Counted from the first letter of the stretch, positions 27,139 to 38,879 are shown. The stretch is DNA of 64,000 bases from Candidatus Omnitrophota bacterium (GCA_023247795.1 JAHFFT010000003.1:12769-76768); one strand, 5' to 3'. The notes: generated by a model not told the origin, from the sequence alone. Numbers and translations: made by a program.

Positions 27139-29496
27139 ATGAAAGTTTCAGAATTAGCTAAAGAATTGAAGACGACCAACGCAGCGGTTCTCGAGCAGCT
27201 TAAGGCCTTGAAATTAAAAGCCAAGGACGGCAATCAGGAATTGAATGGTGCGGTCTTGAGTGTTTTGCGCAGTGCTTTGGCAAAACGGCCGAAAGCGCCT
27301 GCTCAGGAAGAACCGCAGAGTCCTCCCGAGAAGGTCGTGGCTGAGAAAGAGAAGAAAGTCAGTACGAAAAAGAAGACATCGATAAAAGCTGTTTCTAAAA
27401 AATCGGAAGAATCCGCCGCGTCCAAAAAGAAAGAAGTTGCAGCAGCGACGGTGATCAAGGATAAAACTAAAGCAACGACTAAGGAAGTTGACCGGGACGT
27501 CAAGGCGAAGCCGAGGATCAGCCCGCAGCCTTTTGTCGCGCTCAAACCTTTTGCCAAGCGCAAACGAAAAACGCTTGGTAGGGGGGGGAGGGATGAATCT
27601 ACTTCGGAAACACCTGGGGTGTTGAGAAAAGACAGTGAAGACTTTCCCAGACCCATCGGGGATAGCGCTTCGCTTCAGTCTAACGCCGGAGTGCCGACAA
27701 TCGCCTCGGAACAATTGCAGGAAATTGAGATCAATGTTCCCATTTCGGTCGGTGATTTCGCGGTTAAGGTCAAGCAGAAACCCAATGTTGTTTTGAAAAA
27801 ACTTTTATTGATGGGGTTCTTTGCCAACATCAATCAGAATCTCGATCAAGACGTGGTTCAGCGGCTGGCGCAAGATTTCGGATTCAGTCTGGCAAAGGTG
27901 CGAACGCAGGAAGAGCAGATTGTTGAAGAGCATAAGTTTGAAGGAGAGCAGGAAGAGCTTTTGGAGACACGAGCACCAGTCATCACTTTTATGGGACACG
28001 TTGATCATGGCAAGACCTCGCTTTTGGATCAGTTTCGCAAAAGTCGTTTGGTTGATGATGAGCACGGCGGGATTACTCAGCACATCGGCGCATATTCCAT
28101 CAATCTGCCAAAGGGCAGGATCACATTTTTAGATACGCCAGGTCATGAGGCTTTTACAGCGATGCGGGCGCGCGGAGCGTACATCACGGATTTGGTTGTT
28201 TTGGTGATTGCCGCCGACGAGGGGATCATGCCGCAGACCGAAGAAGCCATCAACCATGCCCGGGCCGCTCAGGTACCGATTGTTGTCGCGTTGAACAAGA
28301 TTGATCGGCCGGGAGCCGATATCGACCGGGTTAAAAAACAGTTGAGCGATCACGATTTAAGCCCGGAAGATTGGGGAGGAAAAACGATCTGTGTCGGCGT
28401 TTCCGCCAAGACCGGAGAAGGATTGGATCGGCTTTTGGAAATGATCCTTTTGGAGTCGGAACTTTTGGAATTGCGGGCCAATTCGCAAAAGAAAGCATCT
28501 GGCATTGTCGTCGAGGCGCATTTGAGTCAAGGACGCGGACCGGTTGCCAGTCTCATTGTTCAAAGCGGAACGCTTCGTCCCAATGATTTTGTGGTGGTCG
28601 GACCGTATTATGGCAAGGCGAAAGCCATGTTTGATGATTTGGAGCGGCCGATTTCCGAGGCCGGGCCTTCCACACCCGTCGAGATTCTGGGATTGCCCGG
28701 GGTGCCCGAGGCCGGTGAAATGTTTTATGTGGTGAAAGATGAAAAGCAGGCCAAGGAAATCACGGGAAAGCGTCAAGAGAAATTGAAAGACCAAAAAATG
28801 GGCGCTTATAAAAAGATGATCACCCTGGAAGATATTTATACCCGCATTCAAGAAGGGAAATTGAAGGAATTGAGCATCATCATCAAAGCGGATGTGCAGG
28901 GATCGCTTGAGGCCCTCAAAGATTCTTTGGAAAAGATCCCCAGCGACGAGGTCAAACTCAAATTGATCCACGGCGGGATCGGTGATGTCAACGCCTCCGA
29001 CGTGATTTTGGCCAACGCCTCTTCGGCGATCATCATTGCCTTTCATGTCGATGTCGATCATCGGGCCGTGCAGGAAATGGAAAAGCAACCGGTGGATGTC
29101 CGCCAATACCGCATCATTTATGATGCCGTCAACGATGTGCGTAAGGCCATGGAAGGGCTGCTTGATCCCACCAAGAAACGTAAATTTTTGGCGAAGGTTG
29201 AAGTGCGCCAGGTTTTCAAATTGAGCAAGTCTGGTATCGTGGCTGGCTGTTTTGTCACCAAGGGCAAAATCACTAGGAAGGCGCGTATCGACGTGAAACG
29301 CAACGGCGAAGTTGTTTTCAACGGCACGATTTCTTCGGTGAAACGTTTTAAAGACGACGTGAAAGAAGTTTTGGAAGGGTTTGAATGTGGGATTACCATC
29401 GATAAGTTCAATGCCTTTGAACCCGGCGACATTTTGGAGGCTTACGAAGAGGAAACGATTGCCAGAACGTTGCAGGCAGTGAAGAGTGAAAAGTGA
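27139..29496 (+). CDS. infB: translation initiation factor IF-2
   Basis: 785 aa. Lys/Ala-rich N-terminal region. G-domain [12 protein letters not shown] ... DTPGHEAF ... NKID. IF2 C-terminal beta-barrels. Confidence 0.92.
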   Translation: MKVSELAKELKTTNAAVLEQLKALKLKAKDGNQELNGAVLSVLRSALAKRPKAPAQEEPQSPPEKVVAEKEKKVSTKKKTSIKAVSKKSEESAASKKKEVAAATVIKDKTKATTKEVDRDVKAKPRISPQPFVALKPFAKRKRKTLGRGGRDESTSETPGVLRKDSEDFPRPIGDSASLQSNAGVPTIASEQLQEIEINVPISVGDFAVKVKQKPNVVLKKLLLMGFFANINQNLDQDVVQRLAQDFGFSLAKVRTQEEQIVEEHKFEGEQEELLETRAPVITFMGHVDHGKTSLLDQFRKSRLVDDEHGGITQHIGAYSINLPKGRITFLDTPGHEAFTAMRARGAYITDLVVLVIAADEGIMPQTEEAINHARAAQVPIVVALNKIDRPGADIDRVKKQLSDHDLSPEDWGGKTICVGVSAKTGEGLDRLLEMILLESELLELRANSQKKASGIVVEAHLSQGRGPVASLIVQSGTLRPNDFVVVGPYYGKAKAMFDDLERPISEAGPSTPVEILGLPGVPEAGEMFYVVKDEKQAKEITGKRQEKLKDQKMGAYKKMITLEDIYTRIQEGKLKELSIIIKADVQGSLEALKDSLEKIPSDEVKLKLIHGGIGDVNASDVILANASSAIIIAFHVDVDHRAVQEMEKQPVDVRQYRIIYDAVNDVRKAMEGLLDPTKKRKFLAKVEVRQVFKLSKSGIVAGCFVTKGKITRKARIDVKRNGEVVFNGTISSVKRFKDDVKEVLEGFECGITIDKFNAFEPGDILEAYEEETIARTLQAVKSEK

Positions 29497-29594
29497 ATGG
29501 TGAATGGTAAAAAGCGTTTATTCTTCGATCTTGTGAAACGATCCTCAAGCTCCGCATAACCGCATGATCGTTAGAACAGCGAGGAACACCTCCC

Positions 29595-30590
29595 TTGAAG
29601 AAAAATAATCCAAAGGAAAAACGTGTTTTCAGTGCCATGCGTCCGACGGGCAAGCTGCATTTGGGCCATTGGGTGGGTGCTCTACAAAGTTGGCTCTTGC
29701 TTCAGGAGCAGCATGAATGCATTTTTAGCATCGTGGACTGGCATGCCTATATGGGAGAGTATGCGCAGAGTCACGAGATATCGGAACATATCATCGATAT
29801 GGCTGCGGACTGGCTCGCTTGCGGGATCGATCCGGACCGCTCGGTCCTTTTTGTCCAATCGGAAGTGCCCGAACACCTCGAACTTTATATGATCCTTTCC
29901 TGCATCACTCCGCTCGGCTGGCTCGAGCGCAATCCAACGTATAAGGAGCAGTTGAGAGAAATCAAATCCCGGGATTTGCAGACCTTTGGATTTTTAGGAT
30001 ATCCGGTTCTTCAGGCCGCTGATATATTGCTTTATAAAGCCAATGTCGTCCCGATTGGCGAAGATCAACTCCCGCATCTGGAATTGGCCCGCGAGATTGC
30101 CCGTCGGTTTAACAGCATTTACAAGACGGATATTTTTCCGGATTGCGAACCGGTCCTCACCAAGACGCCGCGGCTTTTGGGCGTCGATGGCCGTAAGATG
30201 AGTAAGAGTTATGACAACGCGATCAATCTCGCTGATTCCCCACACGAGATCCAGAAAAAAGTCAGCCGCATGTTTACCGATCCAAAGCGGATCAAAATAA
30301 CCGATCACGGTCACCCCGAGGCCTGCAATGTCTACAGCTATTATCAAGTTTTTGCCCAGCAAGAATCCAAGGCCGTGTATGATTGGTGCACAGGAGCAAA
30401 AAAGGGGTGTACTGAGTGCAAGGCCTTCCTCGCGCAGTCGATTCTGATGCAGCTCGCTCTCTTACAGGAAAAAAGAGAAACATTAATGAAGAACAAAGAC
30501 CGGATTCGTGATATTTTAAATATGGGGCGGAAGAAGGCCCAGGCCATGGCCCGCCAGACGCTCGAGGAAATCAAAGAAATCATTTTTTAA
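29595..30590 (+). CDS. trpS: tryptophanyl-tRNA synthetase
   Basis: 331 aa with TTG start. HIGH-region GKLHLGHW and KMSKS motifs. Confidence 0.9.
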   Translation: MKKNNPKEKRVFSAMRPTGKLHLGHWVGALQSWLLLQEQHECIFSIVDWHAYMGEYAQSHEISEHIIDMAADWLACGIDPDRSVLFVQSEVPEHLELYMILSCITPLGWLERNPTYKEQLREIKSRDLQTFGFLGYPVLQAADILLYKANVVPIGEDQLPHLELAREIARRFNSIYKTDIFPDCEPVLTKTPRLLGVDGRKMSKSYDNAINLADSPHEIQKKVSRMFTDPKRIKITDHGHPEACNVYSYYQVFAQQESKAVYDWCTGAKKGCTECKAFLAQSILMQLALLQEKRETLMKNKDRIRDILNMGRKKAQAMARQTLEEIKEIIF

Positions 30591-30601
30591 CCCACTTCCC
30601 C

Positions 30602-31348
30602 ATGAGTTATAAATTGCAACTTGACATTTTTGAAGGCCCGCTCGATCTTCTGCTGTATTTGATCAAGAAGAATGATATCGATATTTACGATATCCCGATC
30701 GTCAAAGTCACTGAGCAGTACATGCAGCACATCGAGATGATGAAGCTGTTGGATTTGGAAGTTGTGGGAGATTTTTTGGTGATGGCCGCCACCCTCATCC
30801 AGATCAAATCGAGGATGCTGCTCCCGCCAGACCCGAACGAACAGGAAGACGCGCAATTGGACCCGAGAGAAGAGTTGGTGAAGCGGTTGCTCGAATATAA
30901 AGTTTACAAAGAAGTTGCCGAAGAGTTGAAGGTGCGGGCGGCACAATGGCAGAATTATTTTCCCCGCAATCCCGACGAGGAACGAATGCAGGAGATCAAA
31001 GCCGATGCCACGGAAATCCATTTTGAGGCCAATCTCTTCGATCTCATCAACGCCTTTACCAAAGCGCTCAAGCGGTTTGCCGACAATCCGATTCATGAGG
31101 TGATGCATGAAGAATTCACCGTTGAAGATAAGATCCATGAAATTCTGCATCAGATGCTCAAACGTCCGCGGATGATGATTTCGGAATTTTTCGCCGCGGC
31201 CCGCAGCAAAACCGAAATGGTCGTCTTATTTATGGCCATGCTGGAATTGATCCGGCTGAAGGAAATCAAGGTTGTGCAAAAGCGTATGTTTGCCGATATC
31301 GAAGTCATGCAAAATAAGGAAAAGATGTCGGCCGTAACCGAAGAATGA
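30602..31348 (+). CDS. scpA: segregation and condensation protein A
   Basis: 248 aa. N-terminal LDIFEGPLDLLLYLIKKNDIDIYDIPI is the ScpA signature. Confidence 0.85.
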   Translation: MSYKLQLDIFEGPLDLLLYLIKKNDIDIYDIPIVKVTEQYMQHIEMMKLLDLEVVGDFLVMAATLIQIKSRMLLPPDPNEQEDAQLDPREELVKRLLEYKVYKEVAEELKVRAAQWQNYFPRNPDEERMQEIKADATEIHFEANLFDLINAFTKALKRFADNPIHEVMHEEFTVEDKIHEILHQMLKRPRMMISEFFAAARSKTEMVVLFMAMLELIRLKEIKVVQKRMFADIEVMQNKEKMSAVTEE

Positions 31349-32391
31349 TGGAAGAACGCCGTAAGTTGGTATTCAATCAGGAGTCCGAAGAAGACAAAAT
31401 CGTCAGCCTTTCTTTGCGTCCTTCCCGGCTGGCCGAGTTCATTGGTCAGAAAGATCTCGTTGAAAATCTCAAAGTGGCACTCACCGCCGCGAAACAGCGC
31501 AACGAACCCTTAGAACACATGCTTTTTTCCGGCCCGCCCGGGCTGGGTAAGACCTCTTTAGCGTACATCATTTCCCATGAGATGGGTTCTCGCATCACCA
31601 TCACGTCTGGGCCGGCCATTGAACGGGCCGGGGACTTGATTGGCATCTTGACGAATCTGGAACAGGGCGATATCTTGTTCATCGACGAGATCCATCGCCT
31701 GTCAAAGACCGTGGAAGAATTTTTATATCCGGCCATGGAAAATTTCAAGATCGATTTCATCGTCGATAAAGGCCCTTACGCGCGGACCATCAATTTCAAT
31801 CTCAAACCGTTCACCATCATCGGTGCCACGACCCGCAGTGGTCTTTTGGCTTCTCCGCTCCGTGACCGATTTGGGATTTTTCACCATTTGGATTTTTATT
31901 CTCCGGAGGATTTGAGCGTGATTGTCCAGCATTCCGCGCAAAAGCTCAGTGTCGACGTTGATGCCGAGGCTGCGGCGGAAATCGCCCAACGTGCCCGCGG
32001 GACGCCGCGGATCGCGAACCGGCTTTTACGACGGGTCAGGGATTATGCCCAGGTCAAAACCAAGACCGCAAAAATTTTCAAGGCGGTTGTTGTGCAGGCC
32101 ATGCAGTCGCTGGGCATTGACAGCGAAGGGCTTGATGACGTTGATCGCCGGATCCTCAAGGTGATCCAAGAACATTACAAAGGTGGCCCAGTTGGGATCG
32201 AAGCGCTGGCGGCGACTTTGAATGAAGAAATCGATACGATCGTCGATGTGGTGGAACCGTTCTTGCTCAAACGCGGGTTCCTGAAACGGACCGCCCGCGG
32301 CCGGGAAATCACGGAACGGGCTTTAGCGCATCTTAATATTTCTTTAGCCAGCCGGGTCGCTCCATCGGAATTATTTTCGAAAGGACAATGA
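31345..32391 (+). CDS. ruvB: Holliday junction branch migration ATPase RuvB
   Basis: 348 aa. LFSGPPGLGKTSLA Walker A, sensor motifs, and C-terminal winged helix. Confidence 0.92.
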   Translation: MMEERRKLVFNQESEEDKIVSLSLRPSRLAEFIGQKDLVENLKVALTAAKQRNEPLEHMLFSGPPGLGKTSLAYIISHEMGSRITITSGPAIERAGDLIGILTNLEQGDILFIDEIHRLSKTVEEFLYPAMENFKIDFIVDKGPYARTINFNLKPFTIIGATTRSGLLASPLRDRFGIFHHLDFYSPEDLSVIVQHSAQKLSVDVDAEAAAEIAQRARGTPRIANRLLRRVRDYAQVKTKTAKIFKAVVVQAMQSLGIDSEGLDDVDRRILKVIQEHYKGGPVGIEALAATLNEEIDTIVDVVEPFLLKRGFLKRTARGREITERALAHLNISLASRVAPSELFSKGQ

Positions 32392-32606
32392 TGGCCGAGC
32401 TTGGGAAAATATTGTTGGTTACGGGGTTGCTCTTGGCCGGTTTGGGACTGCTTTTTATGGCGCTCAACAAATTTCCCAGCGGATGGAGGGTGCCGGGAGA
32501 TATTTTCATTAAGAAGGAAAATTTCAGTTTCTATTTCCCCTTAGGGACCTGCATTCTTTTAAGCCTGTTGCTGAGTTTTATTTTTCAGCTATTTCATCGT
32601 CGATAA
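32388..32606 (+). CDS. DUF2905-like small membrane protein
   Basis: 72 aa. Two TM helices flanking ..VPGDIFIKKENFSFYFPL.. (LPGDI/FYFP motif of DUF2905). Position directly after ruvB matches known synteny for this family. Confidence 0.55.
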   Translation: MMAELGKILLVTGLLLAGLGLLFMALNKFPSGWRVPGDIFIKKENFSFYFPLGTCILLSLLLSFIFQLFHRR

Positions 32607-32611
32607 TTAAA

Positions 32612-33805
32612 ATGACCATGCATTCTAAACTGTTTCAACGAACCTGTAGGTTTCTACTTTTTATTTTTATCGTGTTATGTTCTTCGCGACTCGTTATGGG
32701 TGACGAACTGTCACGACCGATTTTGGTCCGCGTTGCTGTTTTGCAAAACGCTCTGGAGGTCAAATTCAATATTCGGGGACGGGCTGACATCATGGATGTC
32801 AACAGTGGACAGTTGCTGGATCAGGCTGGCCGTGCCAGCCTTCTGGCTGTTAAAGTGAATGAACAAGGAAACATTGTCTTTGGTGATCGGACATTTTCGA
32901 CAAGCCATATCCGGATCCATCCTGACCGGGATTTGGAGTTGTCCGTCGAAGGGAAAGAGCAGATGTATCGAGGAGACATTGATTTGCGTAAGACCGAAGA
33001 CAATAAGCTCCTGGTGATCAATGTTTTGGATTTGGAAGAATACATTCGCGGAGTGCTTTACCATGAAGTTTCCCATCGTTGGCCCATGGCGGCCTTAAAA
33101 GCGCAGGCGGTGGCCGCGCGCTCTTACGCGCTTTATCAAATTCAAAACAATTCGGCCAAGCCTTTTGATGTGACCAATGATGTTTATTCCCAGGTTTACG
33201 GCGGGCGATTGTCGGAACGCTATCGGACAAATTTGGCCGTCAGTGAAACAAGGGGAGAGGTCATGCTCTATCAAAACAAAGTACTGCCCGCGTACTATTC
33301 TTCCAATTGCGGCGATTATACCGAAGACAGCCGCGAGGTCTGGAATTCGCAAGAGTTGATTCCGCCCTTACAGGGTGGCCGCTGCATTTACAGCCGCTTT
33401 GCCCCGCATTATAACTGGAAGAAAAATATGCGTCTGGCAGATATTCAAGAAACCTTAAACGCGAACGGCTACGCGCTGGGGACAATCAAAGAGATCAATG
33501 TCGTTGAACGCAATAACAGTTATCGCGTCCGGACCCTTGCTTTCATTACCAGCGACGGAAAAGAAACGCAAATCACGGGAAAAAGATTTCGTGAAATCAT
33601 GGGCGCGAATTTGATTAAAAGCAACAACTATGAGGTCGTAATGAAAGGGTATTATTGCGATTTTTTAGGCAAAGGGTGGGGGCATGGGGTTGGGATGTCG
33701 CAATGGGGGGCGTATGTCATGTCACGGCACCGGTTTCGTTACCAGGACATTCTTCTCTATTATTACCCGGGTGTGAATTTCGTGGACGATCAAACGCTGG
33801 AGTAG
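32612..33805 (+). CDS. SpoIID/LytB-domain protein (amidase enhancer family), secreted
   Basis: 397 aa. Signal peptide. SpoIID core ..LEEYIRGVLYHEVSHRWPMAALKAQAVAARSYAL.. and C-terminal ..GHGVGMSQWGA... Confidence 0.8.
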   Translation: MTMHSKLFQRTCRFLLFIFIVLCSSRLVMGDELSRPILVRVAVLQNALEVKFNIRGRADIMDVNSGQLLDQAGRASLLAVKVNEQGNIVFGDRTFSTSHIRIHPDRDLELSVEGKEQMYRGDIDLRKTEDNKLLVINVLDLEEYIRGVLYHEVSHRWPMAALKAQAVAARSYALYQIQNNSAKPFDVTNDVYSQVYGGRLSERYRTNLAVSETRGEVMLYQNKVLPAYYSSNCGDYTEDSREVWNSQELIPPLQGGRCIYSRFAPHYNWKKNMRLADIQETLNANGYALGTIKEINVVERNNSYRVRTLAFITSDGKETQITGKRFREIMGANLIKSNNYEVVMKGYYCDFLGKGWGHGVGMSQWGAYVMSRHRFRYQDILLYYYPGVNFVDDQTLE

Positions 33806-33811
33806 TCCTTA

Positions 33812-34831
33812 ATGCGGCCCACCGAATTAGCATTTTATGATTATCAGCTTCCGGATGACCTGATTGCCCAGACGCCCCTAAAGTCGCGGCAAGACGCGCG
33901 CTTGTTGATCGTCGACCGAAAGACCAAAAGTCTTTGCCATGATCAATTTAAGAGTTTAGCTAAGTATCTTCCTCCGTCGAGTTTTTTGGTGCTGAATAAC
34001 AGCAAGGTGGTCCCGGCGCGTTTATTGGGAACGAAGTCCCGCACTGGCGGGAAGGTGGAAATCCTTTTGTTGAAACGGCGATCTCGGCCGGATACCTATG
34101 AAGCGTTGCTACGTCCTTTTCGCAGAATCCAACCCGGCGAAGAGATCATTTTTAGTAACAGTTCGTTACGGGCTACGGTTGTTGATCCGCAACAGCGTCT
34201 GATCCGATTTAACCGGAAAGATGTGACCAAAGATCTTAAGAAAATTGGGCACATGCCGCTTCCCCCGTATATCAAACGGGCGGATGACTCCGAAGATCGG
34301 GAATTTTATCAAACTGTTTACGCCCGTTATGCCGGCTCAGTTGCCGCACCGACGGCAGGGCTGCATTTTACTGAACAGCATATCCAGGAATTGAAAGGGC
34401 AGGGGTATGAATTTGGCCAGGCCACGTTGCATATCAATCACGCGACCTTCAAACTGATCACGGCATCAGACATCCGTCAGCATCTTATGCATACCGAGCA
34501 GTTTTCAATGTCCCAACCGGTTTATCAAAAAGTCAAACAAGCAAAGCAGCAGAAACGAAAGATCGTGGCCGTGGGCACGACCAGCTGCCGCGTTTTAGAA
34601 ACCGTAGGCCTTCAAGGTAAGTTCCGAGGAGAAACGAATCTTTTCATTTTTCCTGGATATGATTTTCGATTGACCGATTGCTTATTGACCAATTTTCATT
34701 TACCCTTAAGTTCGTTGTTGATGTTGGTTTATGCCTTTGGTTCGTCGGATTTGATCAAGCAGGCCTATCAAGAGGCGATTCAACAGAAGTACCGTTTTTA
34801 CAGTTATGGCGATGCGATGTTGATCGTATGA
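33812..34831 (+). CDS. queA: S-adenosylmethionine:tRNA ribosyltransferase-isomerase
   Basis: 339 aa. FDYQLPDDLIAQTP N-terminus and AVGTTSCRVLE motif. Confidence 0.9.
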   Translation: MRPTELAFYDYQLPDDLIAQTPLKSRQDARLLIVDRKTKSLCHDQFKSLAKYLPPSSFLVLNNSKVVPARLLGTKSRTGGKVEILLLKRRSRPDTYEALLRPFRRIQPGEEIIFSNSSLRATVVDPQQRLIRFNRKDVTKDLKKIGHMPLPPYIKRADDSEDREFYQTVYARYAGSVAAPTAGLHFTEQHIQELKGQGYEFGQATLHINHATFKLITASDIRQHLMHTEQFSMSQPVYQKVKQAKQQKRKIVAVGTTSCRVLETVGLQGKFRGETNLFIFPGYDFRLTDCLLTNFHLPLSSLLMLVYAFGSSDLIKQAYQEAIQQKYRFYSYGDAMLIV

Positions 34832-34883
34832 TACCAAACTTCGGTCTAATCCCTGCGAGTTCGAAACGTTCAAAGAGAGCCAC

Positions 34884-36032
34884 ATGCATTTTCAATTATT
34901 AAAAACAGATCACAAAACTAAAGCACGGCTGGGTATTTTGACCACGTCCCATGGCAAATTGGAAACACCATTTTTTATGCCCGTCGGTACTAACGCGACG
35001 GTCAAAGGTTTGTCCAGTTTGGATTTGAAGGAAATGGGGTCGGGGATTGTACTTTCTAACACCTATCATCTTTATCTGCGTCCAGGTATGGAGGTCATCA
35101 AGCATTACGGAGGGCTGCACGGATTTATGAATTGGGACCGGGTGATCTTGACGGACAGCGGCGGGTATCAGGTTTTCAGTTTATCAAAATTGAGAAAAAT
35201 GAGTGATCAAGGTGTTGAGTTCCAATCCCATATCGACGGGAGCAAGCATTTGTTTACGCCAGAAAAGGTGATGGAGATTGAGAATATTTTGGGTTCGGAC
35301 ATGATCATGCCGCTCGATGAATGCGCGCCGTTCCCTTGTGATCGCGAAATGGCTGAAGAGTCGGTAAGACGGACAACCCAATGGGCGATGCGTTCCAAAG
35401 AGGCCTTTGCTGGTCTGCCGGATCGCGGTCAGCTTTTGTTTGGGATCATTCAGGGTTCGACATACGCGGATCTTCGTGAACTGTCGGCCCGGCAGATCAC
35501 AGGAATAGGGTTTTCCGGATACGCCATCGGCGGTGTCAGTGTTGGAGAATCGGTGCCATTGATGTTTACAGCGATTGACCAGACCATGCCTTATCTGCCA
35601 GCAGATCATCCACGCTATTTGATGGGGATCGGTTTACCTGATCAGATTGTGCGCGCCGTTGGTGAGGGCATCGATATGTTTGATACAGTGATCCCGACGC
35701 GTTACGGACGTCATGGCTCAGCCTTTACAAGGAAGGGCAGAATCATTATACTGAACGCGGAATTCACAAAAGACCTTCGGCCGCTTGATGAACAGTGCGG
35801 TTGTCAGGTTTGTCAGAATTTTTCTCGTGGCTATTTACGGCATTTGATTAAGGCCGGTGAAATTCTAGGATTGCGATTGGTTTCCTATCACAATGTGCAT
35901 TTTTACATCCAACTGTTAGTGGATATCCGTAAAGCGATCAAGGCCGGCAGCTTTGCGGAGTTTCAGAAGGATTTTTTAGCGGCGTATCGTAACGAACCGC
36001 TTAACACCGAAGGACAAAAAGTTTCATCATAA
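34884..36032 (+). CDS. tgt: queuine tRNA-ribosyltransferase
   Basis: 382 aa. ..TPFFMPVGT.., ..[11 protein letters not shown].., and the zinc site CxCxxC...H ([16 protein letters not shown]). Confidence 0.9.
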   Translation: MHFQLLKTDHKTKARLGILTTSHGKLETPFFMPVGTNATVKGLSSLDLKEMGSGIVLSNTYHLYLRPGMEVIKHYGGLHGFMNWDRVILTDSGGYQVFSLSKLRKMSDQGVEFQSHIDGSKHLFTPEKVMEIENILGSDMIMPLDECAPFPCDREMAEESVRRTTQWAMRSKEAFAGLPDRGQLLFGIIQGSTYADLRELSARQITGIGFSGYAIGGVSVGESVPLMFTAIDQTMPYLPADHPRYLMGIGLPDQIVRAVGEGIDMFDTVIPTRYGRHGSAFTRKGRIIILNAEFTKDLRPLDEQCGCQVCQNFSRGYLRHLIKAGEILGLRLVSYHNVHFYIQLLVDIRKAIKAGSFAEFQKDFLAAYRNEPLNTEGQKVSS

Positions 36033-36033
36033 T

Positions 36034-36717
36034 ATGTTACGTTTTGATATTGTCACCATATTCCCAGCGATGTTCGCCCCGATTCTTGATGAATCGATTT
36101 TGAAGCGCGCTCAGGAAAATAAAAAAATAGCGATCAGGGTTCATGATTTGCGGGATTTCACTTTGGACAAACACCGAAAAGTCGATGATCGTCCGTTTGG
36201 CGGCGGGCCAGGCATGGTGATGATGCCGCAGCCTTTTTTTTCCGCGGTTAAAAAGATCAAAGGCCGCCGCAAGGCCAAGGTGATTTTGACCAGCCCGTCG
36301 GGTGAGCCGTTGACACAAAAAAAAGCCAAGCAATTGGCCAAATTGAAAGATATCATTCTGCTTTGCGGCCATTACGAAGGGGTCGACGAGCGGGTGCAGA
36401 GCAAATTGGCAGATGAGATCATTTCCATCGGTGATTATGTGCTGACCGGCGGCGAGCTAGCGGCGATGGTGATTGTTGATTGTGTGGCCCGTCTGGTGCC
36501 AGGGGTCCTTGGCAAGGCGGCATCATTAAAAGATGAATCTTTTGAGGAAAATCTTTTAGAGTATCCGCAATATACCCGTCCGGCTGATTTTCAAGGGATG
36601 AAAGTCCCGAAAGAACTCCTGACCGGCCATCACCAGGACATCGAACGCTGGCGGCAAGCCCAGTCTATGGCGCGAACCAAGAAATCTCGTCCCGATTTGT
36701 TGAGAAAAGCGGCTTGA
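36034..36717 (+). CDS. trmD: tRNA (guanine37-N1)-methyltransferase
   Basis: 227 aa. SPOUT knot motifs ..[14 protein letters not shown].. and ..[16 protein letters not shown].. Confidence 0.9.
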   Translation: MLRFDIVTIFPAMFAPILDESILKRAQENKKIAIRVHDLRDFTLDKHRKVDDRPFGGGPGMVMMPQPFFSAVKKIKGRRKAKVILTSPSGEPLTQKKAKQLAKLKDIILLCGHYEGVDERVQSKLADEIISIGDYVLTGGELAAMVIVDCVARLVPGVLGKAASLKDESFEENLLEYPQYTRPADFQGMKVPKELLTGHHQDIERWRQAQSMARTKKSRPDLLRKAA

Positions 36718-36739
36718 TGCAACAGGTGAAAAATCCCAG

Positions 36740-36768
36740 TTGACAGGACGGTCTTTCTAGGGTAGAAT
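36740..36768 (+). promoter_or_regulatory. sigma70-type promoter: TTGACA, 17-nt spacer, TAGAAT. Upstream of rplS
   Basis: agTTGACAggacggtctttctagggTAGAATtc. RBS CAGGAG. GTG start at 36812. Confidence 0.5.
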
Positions 36769-36811
36769 TCAACCCTCGTCAGAAGAATTTGCAATTCAGG
36801 AGAACAAAACA

Positions 36812-37189
36812 GTGGATACTGGAAAATTAATCAGCGAACTTGAAGTCAAATACCTACGCAGTGATCTTCCCAAGATTGAAGTTGGCGACGAGATCAAGAT
36901 GCGTGTTAAGGTTGCGGAAGCAGATAAAATACGTGTTCATCCCTTTGAAGGAACGGTCATCTGCAAATCCGGAACCGGCATGCGCGAGACGTTTACGATC
37001 AGAAAAATTTCTTTCGGTGAAGGAGTGGAGAGGACATTCCCGATTCATTCTCCGGTCATTGAAAAGATTACGGTTGTCAGTCAAGGTCAAGTCAATCGAG
37101 CCAAACTTTACTATTTGCGGGACCGGGTTGGGAAAAAGACCCGTGTCCAAAGAAGTGGTCTGCAAGTCAATCAAAACCCCAAAGCATAA
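36812..37189 (+). CDS. rplS: 50S ribosomal protein L19
   Basis: 125 aa. GTG start. ..[16 protein letters not shown]...VHPFEGTVI.. matches L19 throughout. Confidence 0.9.
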   Translation: MDTGKLISELEVKYLRSDLPKIEVGDEIKMRVKVAEADKIRVHPFEGTVICKSGTGMRETFTIRKISFGEGVERTFPIHSPVIEKITVVSQGQVNRAKLYYLRDRVGKKTRVQRSGLQVNQNPKA

Positions 37190-37201
37190 CATCAATATTC
37201 G

Positions 37202-37867
37202 GTGACAGCGGCCAAACCAAGCCAAGTCACGCTCAACCATGAACTTGAGGCTGAGCGTAAAGGGTTTCGTCTCATTTTAGGCATTGATGAGGCGGGTCGC
37301 GGGCCGCTGGCTGGTCCGGTTGTGGCTGCGGCGGTTGCTTTGAAAAGTTCCCAATTTTCGATCCCCGTTGACGATTCCAAAAAATTAACTCCCCAAAAAC
37401 GCGAGTCATTATTTCAGGAAATTCTGGCCCAGGCTTATGTGGGAGTCGGAGTTATGAACGAAAACGTGATTGATGAATACAATATTTTGCGGGCCACTTT
37501 TATGGCGATGGAAACCGCAGTATATCAATTGTTGAGCAAACTTCCCCCAGATGACTTTAAGGCAGAGGATTTCTCAAAACAGATTTGTCTTTTGATTGAC
37601 GGCAACCAGTTTAAGACCGAACTGCCCTATGTTTATGAAACGATTGTTGCCGGGGATTCTTTGAGTCTTTCGATTGCCTGCGCTTCAATCATTGCCAAGG
37701 TGACGCGCGATCGGATATTGAAAGTTTACGATCGGATTTTTCCCCAATACGGATTCGCCCAGCACAAAGGATATGGCACGCTGCAACACCGGCAAGCCAT
37801 CCAGCGCCACGGCCTTTCCTCAATCCATCGTCGGAGTTTTGTCGAGAATTTTTTGGCCACGGCCTAG
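37202..37867 (+). CDS. rnhB: ribonuclease HII
   Basis: 221 aa. GIDEAGRGPLAGPVVAAAV ... DDSKKL motif set of RNase HII. Confidence 0.88.
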   Translation: MTAAKPSQVTLNHELEAERKGFRLILGIDEAGRGPLAGPVVAAAVALKSSQFSIPVDDSKKLTPQKRESLFQEILAQAYVGVGVMNENVIDEYNILRATFMAMETAVYQLLSKLPPDDFKAEDFSKQICLLIDGNQFKTELPYVYETIVAGDSLSLSIACASIIAKVTRDRILKVYDRIFPQYGFAQHKGYGTLQHRQAIQRHGLSSIHRRSFVENFLATA

Positions 37868-37928
37868 GTAAGGTTTTTAATCGTTTGAACATTTCTATTA
37901 TTGGGGAACATCATTTCATTTTCATAAG

Positions 37929-38309
37929 ATGACTTTTTTTCGACAACAGCTTGGCCGGCAAGGAGAAAAGCTGGCCCAGGATCATTTGAAATCGTTAGGG
38001 TTTCGAATTTTGGCGGTCAATTATCGGACTGTCAACGGCGAAATTGATATCATTGCCCAAAAGCGTAAATGGTTGTGTTTCATTGAAGTCAAAACCCGGC
38101 GCAACGATACGTATGGGCTTCCCCGCGAATCGGTCCACAGGAACAAACAGCAAAAAATGATTCGTGCCGCGGAATTTTTTCTCAGCAAAAATCAATTCGA
38201 AGATCATGATCTGCGTTTTGATGTGATTGAAGTCTATCTTGAAAACGAAACGTGCCAACGCATCGAGTTTATTGAAAACGCCTTTGAAATTATTGACGAG
38301 AATGATTGA
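37929..38309 (+). CDS. yraN: YraN-family (UPF0102) predicted endonuclease
   Basis: 126 aa. ..GEKLAQDHLKSLGFRILAVNYRTVNGEIDIIA..FIEVKTR.. is the YraN signature. rnhB-yraN synteny is common. Confidence 0.8.
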   Translation: MTFFRQQLGRQGEKLAQDHLKSLGFRILAVNYRTVNGEIDIIAQKRKWLCFIEVKTRRNDTYGLPRESVHRNKQQKMIRAAEFFLSKNQFEDHDLRFDVIEVYLENETCQRIEFIENAFEIIDEND

Positions 38310-38372
38310 AAAAGGGACTTGTTTTCGTTATATTGAATCTCAGCGCGATGGATTGGTCGTGGATGGTGACGC

Positions 38373-38867
38373 GTGAAGAAGAATCTAAAAAATTTCACAT
38401 TGCATGAATACAATCTGGCTTTGGCAAGCAGAATGCCAACCCCGGGAGGTGGATCTGCCTCGGCCCTCAGTGCCGCTTTAGGGGCCAGCTTGATTGCTAA
38501 GGTCGCGAATTATTCTTTGGGGAAAGGGTGCCCGCAGCCGATTGAACAAAAAATCAAAACGGCTTTGCAAAGGGTAGAAAAAATCCGTGACCAGCTTTTA
38601 GAATGTGTTGATTTGGATGCGCAGGCTTATCAGGCCGTGGTTGACGTGAGAAAAAAAGGGACTTCGGTCATGAAAAAGGCATTGAAGCAGGCCCAGGCCG
38701 TCCCGCGAAAAGTCTGCTTGTTAAGTTATCAGGCGTTGGAATTGGCGCCGATTCTCATCGAGCATGGCAATAAATATTTGCTCAGCGATATTGAGGTGGC
38801 CCTGGAGTTGTTGTCCGCGGCCCATCAATCGGCCTTGATCAATGTTAAAGTGAATCAGCCGTCATAG
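38373..38867 (+). CDS. FTCD_C-family cyclodeaminase/cyclohydrolase domain protein (FchA-like methenyl-THF cyclohydrolase candidate)
   Basis: 164 aa. ..LASRMPTPGGGSASALSAALGASLIAKVANYS.. is the FTCD C-terminal domain signature. Lies immediately upstream of folD. Confidence 0.65.
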   Translation: MKKNLKNFTLHEYNLALASRMPTPGGGSASALSAALGASLIAKVANYSLGKGCPQPIEQKIKTALQRVEKIRDQLLECVDLDAQAYQAVVDVRKKGTSVMKKALKQAQAVPRKVCLLSYQALELAPILIEHGNKYLLSDIEVALELLSAAHQSALINVKVNQPS

Positions 38868-38879
38868 AAAGTTGTTAAG

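Noticed and set aside
29497-29594. Possible T-box leader upstream of trpS
   Set aside because: The spacer is only 98 nt, far shorter than a T-box, and no specifier-loop/antiterminator (UGGN-ACC) architecture is visible.
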